Shown in pieces: positions 28,525 through 36,496 of a stretch of 64,000 nt of DNA. The translations under genes and the position numbers were made by a program. The notes under the pieces were generated by a model. It was not told where the DNA came from, made no database searches, and saw only the letters and a program-made list of their open reading frames with translations. The stretch covers positions 394 through 64,393 of the forward strand of contig CAYTVV010000004.1 of assembly GCA_964441875.1 (NCBI GenBank), read 5' to 3'. Every line of letters begins with the position of its first letter. The first letter of the stretch is position 1. The stretch comes from an uncultured Desulfurivibrio sp. (lineage in GTDB: Bacteria > Desulfobacterota > Desulfobulbia > Desulfobulbales > Desulfurivibrionaceae).

Positions 28525-29622
28525 ATGAGCCAAGACAATCCATCCTCCCGCTTCCAGGCCAATGGCCTGGCGACTCTCATCGGCAGCCTGCCGGTTACAG
28601 ATCACCGGGAAGCGTTTTCCCTCATCTTCGAGCACACCCCCGACATCCCGCTGTGGCCGCAACTGCCGAGCAACCCCAAGGAAGGGATGCTCAGTCAGTT
28701 CAGCGAAGGGATGCCCGGCATCATCGAAGAGGATGGCCGCACCTATTTCGACATCCAAACCGAGACCTTTGCCGATGAGATGCTGGCCTATTTCGAGCAG
28801 TATCTCGCTGCCCTCGAAGACCCAAGCCTTCTGCCGAACTCGCCCTTTGCCGTGAGCCCGGACAGGGCCCAGGGCCTTTTTGCCCTTAAGGAGGCTGTCG
28901 CCGTTGAAACTGCTGCCGGGAGAACCGTGGCTGCAGTCAAGGGGCAGATGACCGGGCCGTTCACCCTGCTCACCGGGCTCCATGACCGGGAGGGAAGAGC
29001 TGCTTATTATGAGCCGACCATCCGGGAAATGGTGGTGAAGGGGCTTTCCCTCAAGGCCGCCTGGCAGGTGCAGATGCTTGCGGAGTCGCAGGCCCAGGTC
29101 ATCCTTTTTATCGATGAACCGGCCCTGGCCGGTCTTGGTTCCTCCGCGTTTCTCAGTGTTTCCCTGGATGAGTTTGGTCAGGAACTCAATGAGATTATCG
29201 GCGCGGCCCAGGCTGCGGGCGGGCTGGTGGGGGTGCATGTCTGTGCCAATACAGACTGGGAATTTCTCTTGTCCACCTCCCTTGATATTGTCAGCTTTGA
29301 CGCCTACAGTTTTTTTGACAAGCTGGTCGCTTGCAAGGATGTGCTGTTCGCCTTTCTGGAACGGGGCGGCATAATTGCCTGGGGGATCGTGCCCACCTCG
29401 GAGAAGGAGTACATCGAACAGGAAACGGCGGAGTCCCTTTTGGCGCGCTGGGAGGCGCAGGCTGCCCAGCTGGTCGGCGGGGCCTGGGATTATAAGTCCC
29501 TGCTGCAACAGACCCTGATCACCCCAAGCTGCGGAACCGGCTCCCTGCCTCTGGTCCACGCCAAAAAGGTGCTGGCCCTAACCAGGGATCTTTCCAAGCT
29601 GTTGCGGGACAAATATCTCTAG
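28525..29622 (+). CDS. Cobalamin-independent methionine synthase (MetE C-terminal / URO-D-like) family protein, specific function unknown
   Basis: Zn-site-like GVHVCAN (HxC) and ITPSCGTG (compare PDCG of MetE). TIM-barrel-like alternation. I place the start at MSQDNPSS. Confidence 0.5.
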   Translation: MSQDNPSSRFQANGLATLIGSLPVTDHREAFSLIFEHTPDIPLWPQLPSNPKEGMLSQFSEGMPGIIEEDGRTYFDIQTETFADEMLAYFEQYLAALEDPSLLPNSPFAVSPDRAQGLFALKEAVAVETAAGRTVAAVKGQMTGPFTLLTGLHDREGRAAYYEPTIREMVVKGLSLKAAWQVQMLAESQAQVILFIDEPALAGLGSSAFLSVSLDEFGQELNEIIGAAQAAGGLVGVHVCANTDWEFLLSTSLDIVSFDAYSFFDKLVACKDVLFAFLERGGIIAWGIVPTSEKEYIEQETAESLLARWEAQAAQLVGGAWDYKSLLQQTLITPSCGTGSLPLVHAKKVLALTRDLSKLLRDKYL

Positions 29623-29684
29623 GCGCAGATGCGGCCTGGCTATTTTTTATCCAACCACTATTAAAAAGTTTGAGTATTGATGCT

Positions 29685-31160
29685 ATGGAAGAATTGAATC
29701 AGGTATTGACGCAGCGCCGTCAAAAGGCCCAGGAGCTGGCAGAGCTGGGCGTTAATCTCTATGCCAACGATTTCAAGCCCGCCCATCGGATCAGCGATGT
29801 CCTGGCGAAAAACGACAACCCGGACGCGCCGTTGGAAGAGGGGATCAAGTCAGTGGCTGGCCGGATCATGGCGCTACGCAAGTTCGGCAAGGCCGCCTTT
29901 GTCCAGATCCAGGATGAAACAGGCCGCATCCAGGTGTATGTCAAGCGCGATGAGCTTGGGGTGGAGGTCTACCAGATCTTCAAGAAACTCGACGTTGGCG
30001 ACATCGTCGGTTTTGGCGGGGTCCTGTTTCGCACCCAGACCGGCGAGCTCACCATCGATGCGGCAACCCTGAAGCCGATCACCAAATCCCTGCGGCCCCT
30101 GCCGGAGAAATTCCACGGCCTCACCGATGTGGAAACCCGCTACCGCCAGCGCTATGTCGATTTGATCATGAACCCGGAGGTGCGCGACACCTTCAGAAAA
30201 CGGGTGGAGATCATCCGTTTGATCCGCGAGTTTTTGATAAATCGGGGCTTCATGGAGGTCGAAACCCCGATGATGCAGGCTATTGCAGGCGGGGCCACGG
30301 CCAAGCCCTTCAAGACCCACCACAATGCCCTGGGTATGGATCTCTACCTGCGCATTGCCCCGGAGCTGTACCTCAAGCGGTTGCTGGTGGGCGGCTTTGA
30401 AAAGGTCTTCGAAATCAATCGCAATTTCCGAAACGAAGGCCTCTCCACCCGGCATAATCCCGAATTCACCATGCTTGAGTTCTACCAGGCCTTTGCCACC
30501 TACGAGGATCTCATGGATCTTACCGAGGAGATGGTTTCTTACGTCGCCGCCGAGGTCACCGGCTCCATGGTCGTGAATTACCAGGGGCAGGGGGTTGATC
30601 TTTCCCCGCCCTGGAAACGCTATACCATGGATGAGGCGTTGGTCGAGGTGGGCGGGGTTGACCCGGCTGTGCTCGCCGATCCGGATCGCACCCGGCAGTT
30701 TGCCAAGGAAAAAGGCATTGCCCTTGAGCCTTTGTCCGGGCACGGCAAGGCCAAGACCGAACTGTTTGAACTGCTGGTGGAAGAAAAGCTGATCAATCCG
30801 ACCTTTGTGACCCAGTATCCCACCGAGGTCTCGCCCCTGGCCCGCCGCAACGAGAAGAATCCCGAGGTCACTGACCGTTTCGAGCTTTTCGTGACCGGCC
30901 GCGAAATTGCCAATGCCTTCAGCGAACTCAATGATCCCATTGATCAGAAAGAGCGGCTGACCAAGCAGATTGCCGAACGGGGCAACGACGAGGAGATTTT
31001 TCCCGAGATGGATGAGGATTTTGTTCGGGCCCTGGAATACGGTATGCCTCCCGCGGCAGGGGAAGGGATCGGCATCGATCGCCTGGTCATGCTGTTGACC
31101 GATTCTGCCTCGATCCGTGACGTTATCCTCTTTCCGCATTTGCGCCCGGAGAGCAAGTAA
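29685..31160 (+). CDS. lysS: Lysyl-tRNA synthetase, class II
   Basis: RYRQRYVDL, FMEVETPMMQ, NRNFRNEG, GIGIDRLVMLL. I prefer ATG MEELNQ over the listed TTG at 29670. Confidence 0.9.
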   Translation: MEELNQVLTQRRQKAQELAELGVNLYANDFKPAHRISDVLAKNDNPDAPLEEGIKSVAGRIMALRKFGKAAFVQIQDETGRIQVYVKRDELGVEVYQIFKKLDVGDIVGFGGVLFRTQTGELTIDAATLKPITKSLRPLPEKFHGLTDVETRYRQRYVDLIMNPEVRDTFRKRVEIIRLIREFLINRGFMEVETPMMQAIAGGATAKPFKTHHNALGMDLYLRIAPELYLKRLLVGGFEKVFEINRNFRNEGLSTRHNPEFTMLEFYQAFATYEDLMDLTEEMVSYVAAEVTGSMVVNYQGQGVDLSPPWKRYTMDEALVEVGGVDPAVLADPDRTRQFAKEKGIALEPLSGHGKAKTELFELLVEEKLINPTFVTQYPTEVSPLARRNEKNPEVTDRFELFVTGREIANAFSELNDPIDQKERLTKQIAERGNDEEIFPEMDEDFVRALEYGMPPAAGEGIGIDRLVMLLTDSASIRDVILFPHLRPESK

Positions 31161-31165
31161 ACCGT

Positions 31166-31287
31166 GTAAACCGTCCAGGAGCACGGCATCTGCTTCGCCG
31201 CTTTGCTGCTGTCATCGGCCGGCTCATGTGCTACAGCACATTTCGCCGGCCTCTTCCGCGCATCTGCGGCGCTCCTGAACGGTTTAC
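31166..31287. repeat. Family-1 palindromic intergenic repeat (MITE/REP-like), 122 bp
   Basis: Terminal inverted repeats GTAAACCGTCCAGGAGC / GCTCCTGAACGGTTTAC. A 60-nt internal block matches 43257-43316 at 54 of 60 positions. GTAAACCGT is tandemly duplicated at the left edge, overlapping the lysS stop. Confidence 0.8.
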
Positions 31288-31533
31288 ACCTCCCGAGGAG
31301 CCGGGAACCTCGCCGATCCTTTTTCGGACTGTTCCAGAGAGAGACGGCGTTGCCCGCTGAGACATTGCCGAAGGCAAAAAAGTCCCCTCTCCCCTTGCGA
31401 GAGAGGGATAGGGTGAGGGGGAAGGTGCATGAGGTGATGCTGTCGGCACCTCCACCATCCCCAATTCCCTCCCGCCAAGGGAGGGGGCAGTACAAAATCA
31501 TAATCGGCCACTACTGGGAAAAAGAGGAAAATT

Positions 31534-32769
31534 GTGAATTTTGAATGGTTTGTCTGCCTGCGGTACTTGAAGGCCAAGCGCAAGCACGGCTTCATCTCGC
31601 TTATTTCCTTGATCTCCATTGCCGGGGTCATGGTCGGGGTCATGGCCCTTATCGTGGTGCTGGCGGTGATGACCGGCTTTACCTCCGAGTTCCGGGACAA
31701 GATCCTGGGCATCAACTCCCATGTGGTGGTCCAGGATTATACCGGCAATATCAGCGACTACGAACAGGTTGCCGCCAAGGTGCGCGCGGTTGAGGGGGTA
31801 AGCGGGGTCACCCCCTATCTCTACAGCCAGGCCATGATCACCAGTGGCGAGGGCGGTACCGGCGCTGTATTGCGGGGGCTTGATCCTGCCACCGCCCAGG
31901 GAGTGCTCAATCTGGAAAAGAATCTTCGCTCAGGTTCTCTCGCGGATTTGTCGCCTGTCCAGGGCGATGGCGCAAGAAGGCTGCCGGGCATCATCCTGGG
32001 CAAGGAGCTTGCCGTCCAGTTGCATGTCTCGACCCATGACCGGGTGCGGCTGATCTCGGCCTCCGGCCCCCTCACCCCCATGGGGGTAATGCCCAAGGTT
32101 TCCACCTGTCAGGTGGTCGGGATTTTTGAAACCGGCATGTACGAGTATGATTCCGCCCTGGCCTATGTCTCCCTGGAAACGGCGCAGCGCTTCTTTGATC
32201 TGCCCGGCGCGGTGCATGGCCTGGAGGTGAAAACCACCGATCTCAATCAGGCGGACCGGGTTGCCAAACGGATCGAGCAGGCCCTGGGACCGAATTATTT
32301 TGCCAAGGACTGGATGCGGATGAATCGGAATATCTTTTCCGCCCTCGCCCTGGAAAAAACGGCCCTCTCGGTGATCATGGCCCTGGTGGTGATGGTCGCC
32401 GCCTTCAATATCGTCAGCACCCTGATCATGGTGGTCATGGAGAAGACCAAGGATATCGCCATCTTGAAATCCATGGGCGCCACCTCCGCCAGCATCATGC
32501 GGATTTTTATTTATGAGGGGCTGATTATCGGTCTGGTCGGCACCTTTCTCGGGGTGTTGGGGGGGCTGGGGCTCTGCGCGATCTTGAGCCGTTATCAGTT
32601 CATCAAGCTGCCCGACGTCTACCCGATTTCCACCCTGCCGGTGCTGGTCCTGCCTTCGGATGTCATCCTCATTGCCCTGTCGGCAACGGTTATTACCCTG
32701 GTCGCTACCCTGTATCCTTCCTGGCAGGCGGCCAAGGTCGATCCGGCCGTGGCCCTGCGTTATGAGTAA
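31534..32769 (+). CDS. Lipoprotein-releasing ABC transporter permease (LolC/LolE family)
   Basis: MNFEWFVCLRYLKAKRK..ISLISLISIAGV; FtsX-like C-terminal TM bundle. GTG start after AGAGGA. Confidence 0.85.
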   Translation: MNFEWFVCLRYLKAKRKHGFISLISLISIAGVMVGVMALIVVLAVMTGFTSEFRDKILGINSHVVVQDYTGNISDYEQVAAKVRAVEGVSGVTPYLYSQAMITSGEGGTGAVLRGLDPATAQGVLNLEKNLRSGSLADLSPVQGDGARRLPGIILGKELAVQLHVSTHDRVRLISASGPLTPMGVMPKVSTCQVVGIFETGMYEYDSALAYVSLETAQRFFDLPGAVHGLEVKTTDLNQADRVAKRIEQALGPNYFAKDWMRMNRNIFSALALEKTALSVIMALVVMVAAFNIVSTLIMVVMEKTKDIAILKSMGATSASIMRIFIYEGLIIGLVGTFLGVLGGLGLCAILSRYQFIKLPDVYPISTLPVLVLPSDVILIALSATVITLVATLYPSWQAAKVDPAVALRYE

Positions 32770-32782
32770 CGGAGTTTTCCCT

Positions 32783-33502
32783 ATGCCCAGTGGCGCACAA
32801 GAACCAACCTTTTTTTTCGAAGCGCGGGATATTTACAAGGAATACAGCGACCACGGCAGCCTACAGGTGCTCGCCGGGGTAAACCTGCGGCTTATTGCCG
32901 GGGAAATGGTCGCGGTGGTCGGCGCTTCCGGCACTGGAAAAACAAGCCTGCTCCATATCCTGGGCGCCTTGGATCAGCCCAGCCAGGGGCAGGTTTTGTA
33001 CCGGGGCGAAAATGTTTTTGAGAAAAATGCTGACCAATTGGCGCTGTTCCGCAATCAGGTTATCGGGTTTGTTTTTCAGTCCCACCATCTGCTCCCGGAG
33101 TTCAACGCCCTGGAAAACGTTCTGCTGCCAGGGCTTATCGCCGGGCAGAAGAGGGCAGAGTTGGTCGGGTATGCGGAATATCTCTTGGGGCGGGTGGGGG
33201 TATTGAATCGCTCCAGCCACAAAGTGGGGGAGCTTTCCGGCGGCGAGCAGCAGCGGGTCGCCCTGGCCCGGGCTCTGATCATGAAGCCTGCGGTTTTATT
33301 GGCGGATGAGCCCACCGGGAATCTCGACCCCAAAACCGGGCTCAAGGTTTTTGAGCTTATCCGGGAGTTGAGCGTAACCCTCTCTTTGGCAACGGTCATG
33401 GTGACGCATAACCTTGAGCTGTCCCGGCGGATGAGCCGTTGTCTCACCTTACGGGACGGGGGCTTGCACGAAACTCTGGATGAGGTAATTACCCAGCTTT
33501 GA
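32783..33502 (+). CDS. lolD: Lipoprotein-releasing ABC transporter ATP-binding protein
   Basis: Walker A GASGTGKTS, signature LSGGEQQRVALARAL, Walker B VLLADEPTGNLD. I place the ATG 8 nt after GGAG. Confidence 0.85.
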   Translation: MPSGAQEPTFFFEARDIYKEYSDHGSLQVLAGVNLRLIAGEMVAVVGASGTGKTSLLHILGALDQPSQGQVLYRGENVFEKNADQLALFRNQVIGFVFQSHHLLPEFNALENVLLPGLIAGQKRAELVGYAEYLLGRVGVLNRSSHKVGELSGGEQQRVALARALIMKPAVLLADEPTGNLDPKTGLKVFELIRELSVTLSLATVMVTHNLELSRRMSRCLTLRDGGLHETLDEVITQL

Positions 33503-33529
33503 GCCGAGAAGTAACGTAAACCAAGAAAT

Positions 33530-33589
33530 GTAACTGCCCAGCAGCGCCACTTCGCTGCTGCCGCAGATGCGGTGCTGCTGGGCAGTTAC
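33530..33589. repeat. Family-1 repeat, short (60 bp) member
   Basis: Perfect 16-bp termini GTAACTGCCCAGCAGC / GCTGCTGGGCAGTTAC. The core carries CTTCGCTGCTG and GCAGATGCG, also seen (the latter as its complement) in the long copies. Confidence 0.75.
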
Positions 33590-33718
33590 GGGATAACAGC
33601 AAAGATTCTTGACACTGGGTTCAATGCCTGATAATTCTGATAAGCTAATTAACAGATCGCCAACACGTCCGCACACTTTGGGCGGTCACTTAAGTTCCTT
33701 TACAGCTAAAGCGAGAGT

Positions 33719-36433
33719 ATGAAACAAGACAACTCAGCCCGGCACATAGTACCCTCCCTCGGTTTTTTGGGTGTTGTTACAGCCCTTGTCCTCATTGTGG
33801 TCCAGAGCCTCCTGCCGTTGGCAGGGGAAGCATTTGCCGCAGGGACAGAGCCGAATACCGTCATGGTTCCCCCTCGGATCAATGCCCAGACCGGGGTTGA
33901 GCCGCTTCTCGCCTTAAGCGACAAGACCTTGCTGGAGGTGGTGCAGAGCAAGGGCCTGGTGATGCTGTCCAGGGAGGAAGTGCAACAGAAACTCGGTTAT
34001 GAGCATTGGCCTCCCAAGGCCGAGGCCCTGAAGCCTTTGATCACCTCGCCTGCGGTCAACTATGTGGCGGTGGGCAGTATCACCAAGCTTGGCGAACAGC
34101 TCAGTCTGGACTTTGTTGTCTATGACATCCTCGGCAATACTCCGCCCAAATTTTATTATCAGGTCAGCAATAACGAGACCGATTTGCAGAAATCCATGGG
34201 CCAGATGGTCAATGACATTCTTGCAAGCACCGGGCAATATTTTCTCATTCAGTCCATTGGTGTTGCCGGAAACACCCGCACGGATTCCGGGGCCATCATG
34301 CGCCAGGTGAAAAGTCAGGCCGGGGAGCGCTATGCCCCGGAACTTTTGCGGGCGGATCTGAAAAATATCTTTCAGATGGGCTACTTTGATGATGTGCAGA
34401 TCCTTGTCACCGATACGGAAAAAGGCAAAGAGGTTGTCTTTCAGCTCACGGAAAAAGCAGTAATCGGCCAGATTCTCATCAACGGCGAGAAAGAGCTTGA
34501 TGAAAAAGACGTGAAAGAGGTGGTGAGCGTTTCGCCCAATACCATCATCAATACCAAGGAGGTGCAGACCTCCGTTGAAAATATCCGCAAGCTATACAAA
34601 GATAAGGGTTTTTATCGGACCAACGTTGCCGCCAAACTCGACTATCCCACGCCTGACAAGGTGAATGTTACCTTTGATGTAGAAGAAGGCGTCAAGATGT
34701 ATATCAAGGGCATCCGTTTTGTCGGCAACAAGGCCTTCAGCGAGAAGGAATTGCGCAAGGAGATGACCACCTCGGAAAAAGGGTTGCTCTCCTGGTTTAC
34801 CGAGTCGGGCAAGTTGAAACGTGATCTGCTGGAGCAGGATCGTTCCAAGATTGGCGCCATGTATCACAACAGCGGCTACATCGAGGCCAGGATCAGCGAA
34901 CCGGAGATAACCGATGAAGGCGATTGGCTCTATGTCACCTTTGATATCCAAGAAGGCGACCGTTACCGGGTCGGCACCATTGAAATCGAGGGGGACATCG
35001 TTGGCGATAAGGACGAACTCTTCACTCTGGTCGAGTTGAGCAAGGAAAAATTCTTCAGCCGGAAGATCTTGCGGGAGGATGTCCTGCGCCTTACGGACCG
35101 TTACGCGGAAAGTGGCTATGCCTTTGCCGAGGTGGACCCAAAGCTTACCAAGAATGAGGAAGACAAGCGCATGGATTTGTCCCTCAAGATTGCCCAAGGG
35201 AACTTGATCCACATAAACCGGATCAACATCAAGGGCAACACCAGAACCAGGGACAAGGTCATCCGCCGGGAGATGCAGGTCAAGGAGGGCGGTCTGCTTG
35301 ACGCAAGCGCGGTGAGAAAGAGCAGCGAGCGGCTGCAACGGCTTGAGTTCTTTGAAGAGGTGAACGTAACCCCCGAGGCCACGGTGCAGGAAGATCTCAT
35401 GGATGTCGTGGTCGAGGTAAAGGAAAAGGCCACCGGCACCTTCAGTGTTGGGGCCGGTTACAGCTCGGTGGACAACATGATGTTCATGGGCGAGATCAGC
35501 GAAAACAACTTTCTTGGCAAGGGCCAGCGCCTCTCTCTGCAGGCCAACGTGAGCGGCACCAGCAATCGATACAACTTCAGCTTTACCGAGCCCCATCTCA
35601 ATGACACCAAGCTGTTGTTCGGCTACGACCTCTATAACTGGTCCAGGGAATACGACGATTATACCAAGGATTCCACCGGCGCAGCCCTGCGCTTCGGTTA
35701 TCCGGTCTGGAACAAGTGGAATCTCGGTTGGGGCTATGGCTTTGATGATACCAAGATGACCGATGTGCTGGTGACCAATGTCCCACAAAGTTTGCTGGAT
35801 TCCATGGAGATTGAGACCACAAGCTTTGCCCGCATCGGCCTTGCCAAGGACACCCGGAACAAACAGACCGACGCCTCAAAGGGCTGGCTCACCAACTATT
35901 CCATCAAGTACGCGGGGGGACCCCTGGGCGGGGACAGCGCCTTTACCAAGTACGAGGCCACTTCCGGCTGGTACTATCCGTTGATGTGGGACACAACCTT
36001 CCACATTAAGGGGTCCATGGGTTATGTGGTTGAAAACGAAGAGAAAAAATTGCCAGTGTATGAAAAATTCTACCTGGGCGGACTCAGCACCATCCGGGGA
36101 TTTGACAGCGGCAAGATCAGTCCCCTGGAGAGCAATCCTGATGGCGTCACGTATTCCAGGGTGGGCGGGGAAAAGATGTGGTATTCCAACGTGGAATTGA
36201 TCTTCCCCATTGTCAAGGATATCGGCCTGAAAGGCTTGGTGTTCTTCGATATGGGCAACGTATACACTGATTCGCAAACTTGGAGTGTTTCAGATCTGCG
36301 CTATAGCGCCGGCCTTGGTTTCCGCTGGCTGTCGCCCATGGGTCCCCTGCGCCTTGAGTGGGGCTATAATCTCGATCCGAAAGAGGGTGAGAAACAGGGG
36401 GTCTGGGATTTCAGCATCGGCGGTGGTTTTTAG
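33719..36433 (+). CDS. bamA: Outer membrane protein assembly factor BamA with an N-terminal extension
   Basis: POTRA repeats (e.g. IQSIGVAGNTRTDSGAI, IKGIRFVGNKAFSEKEL, INRINIKGNTRTRDKVIRRE). C-terminal barrel ending ...VWDFSIGGGF. Confidence 0.9.
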   Translation: MKQDNSARHIVPSLGFLGVVTALVLIVVQSLLPLAGEAFAAGTEPNTVMVPPRINAQTGVEPLLALSDKTLLEVVQSKGLVMLSREEVQQKLGYEHWPPKAEALKPLITSPAVNYVAVGSITKLGEQLSLDFVVYDILGNTPPKFYYQVSNNETDLQKSMGQMVNDILASTGQYFLIQSIGVAGNTRTDSGAIMRQVKSQAGERYAPELLRADLKNIFQMGYFDDVQILVTDTEKGKEVVFQLTEKAVIGQILINGEKELDEKDVKEVVSVSPNTIINTKEVQTSVENIRKLYKDKGFYRTNVAAKLDYPTPDKVNVTFDVEEGVKMYIKGIRFVGNKAFSEKELRKEMTTSEKGLLSWFTESGKLKRDLLEQDRSKIGAMYHNSGYIEARISEPEITDEGDWLYVTFDIQEGDRYRVGTIEIEGDIVGDKDELFTLVELSKEKFFSRKILREDVLRLTDRYAESGYAFAEVDPKLTKNEEDKRMDLSLKIAQGNLIHINRINIKGNTRTRDKVIRREMQVKEGGLLDASAVRKSSERLQRLEFFEEVNVTPEATVQEDLMDVVVEVKEKATGTFSVGAGYSSVDNMMFMGEISENNFLGKGQRLSLQANVSGTSNRYNFSFTEPHLNDTKLLFGYDLYNWSREYDDYTKDSTGAALRFGYPVWNKWNLGWGYGFDDTKMTDVLVTNVPQSLLDSMEIETTSFARIGLAKDTRNKQTDASKGWLTNYSIKYAGGPLGGDSAFTKYEATSGWYYPLMWDTTFHIKGSMGYVVENEEKKLPVYEKFYLGGLSTIRGFDSGKISPLESNPDGVTYSRVGGEKMWYSNVELIFPIVKDIGLKGLVFFDMGNVYTDSQTWSVSDLRYSAGLGFRWLSPMGPLRLEWGYNLDPKEGEKQGVWDFSIGGGF

Positions 36434-36496
36434 AACATGGCCGTCCCGGAAATTGGTCATCTGTTCCCGGCGTTCCCGCCATCTCTATGACAAAAA

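Noticed and set aside
31384-31485. GC-rich hairpins CCCTCTC-N9-GAGAGGG and CCCTCCC-gccaa-GGGAGGG. A similar G/C-run segment lies at about 24050-24090. I considered these as a CRISPR fragment, a small ORF (SPLPLRERDRVRG...) or an ncRNA.
   Set aside because: They are not regularly spaced, have no repeat-spacer structure and show no coding signal. They look like the common Pro/Leu/Gly-coding-like GC hairpin debris seen in many intergenic regions. This is not strong enough to call.
32660-32782. Upstream extension of lolD. The same type of extension occurs on glgP (25814), tig (46387), mlaC (55974), cheW (14508), the CheR-like gene (18171) and the hybrid kinase (13338).
   Set aside because: In each case a downstream in-frame ATG is preceded by a good SD, and the protein alignment logically begins there. 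The extensions overlap neighbouring genes or are compositionally odd.
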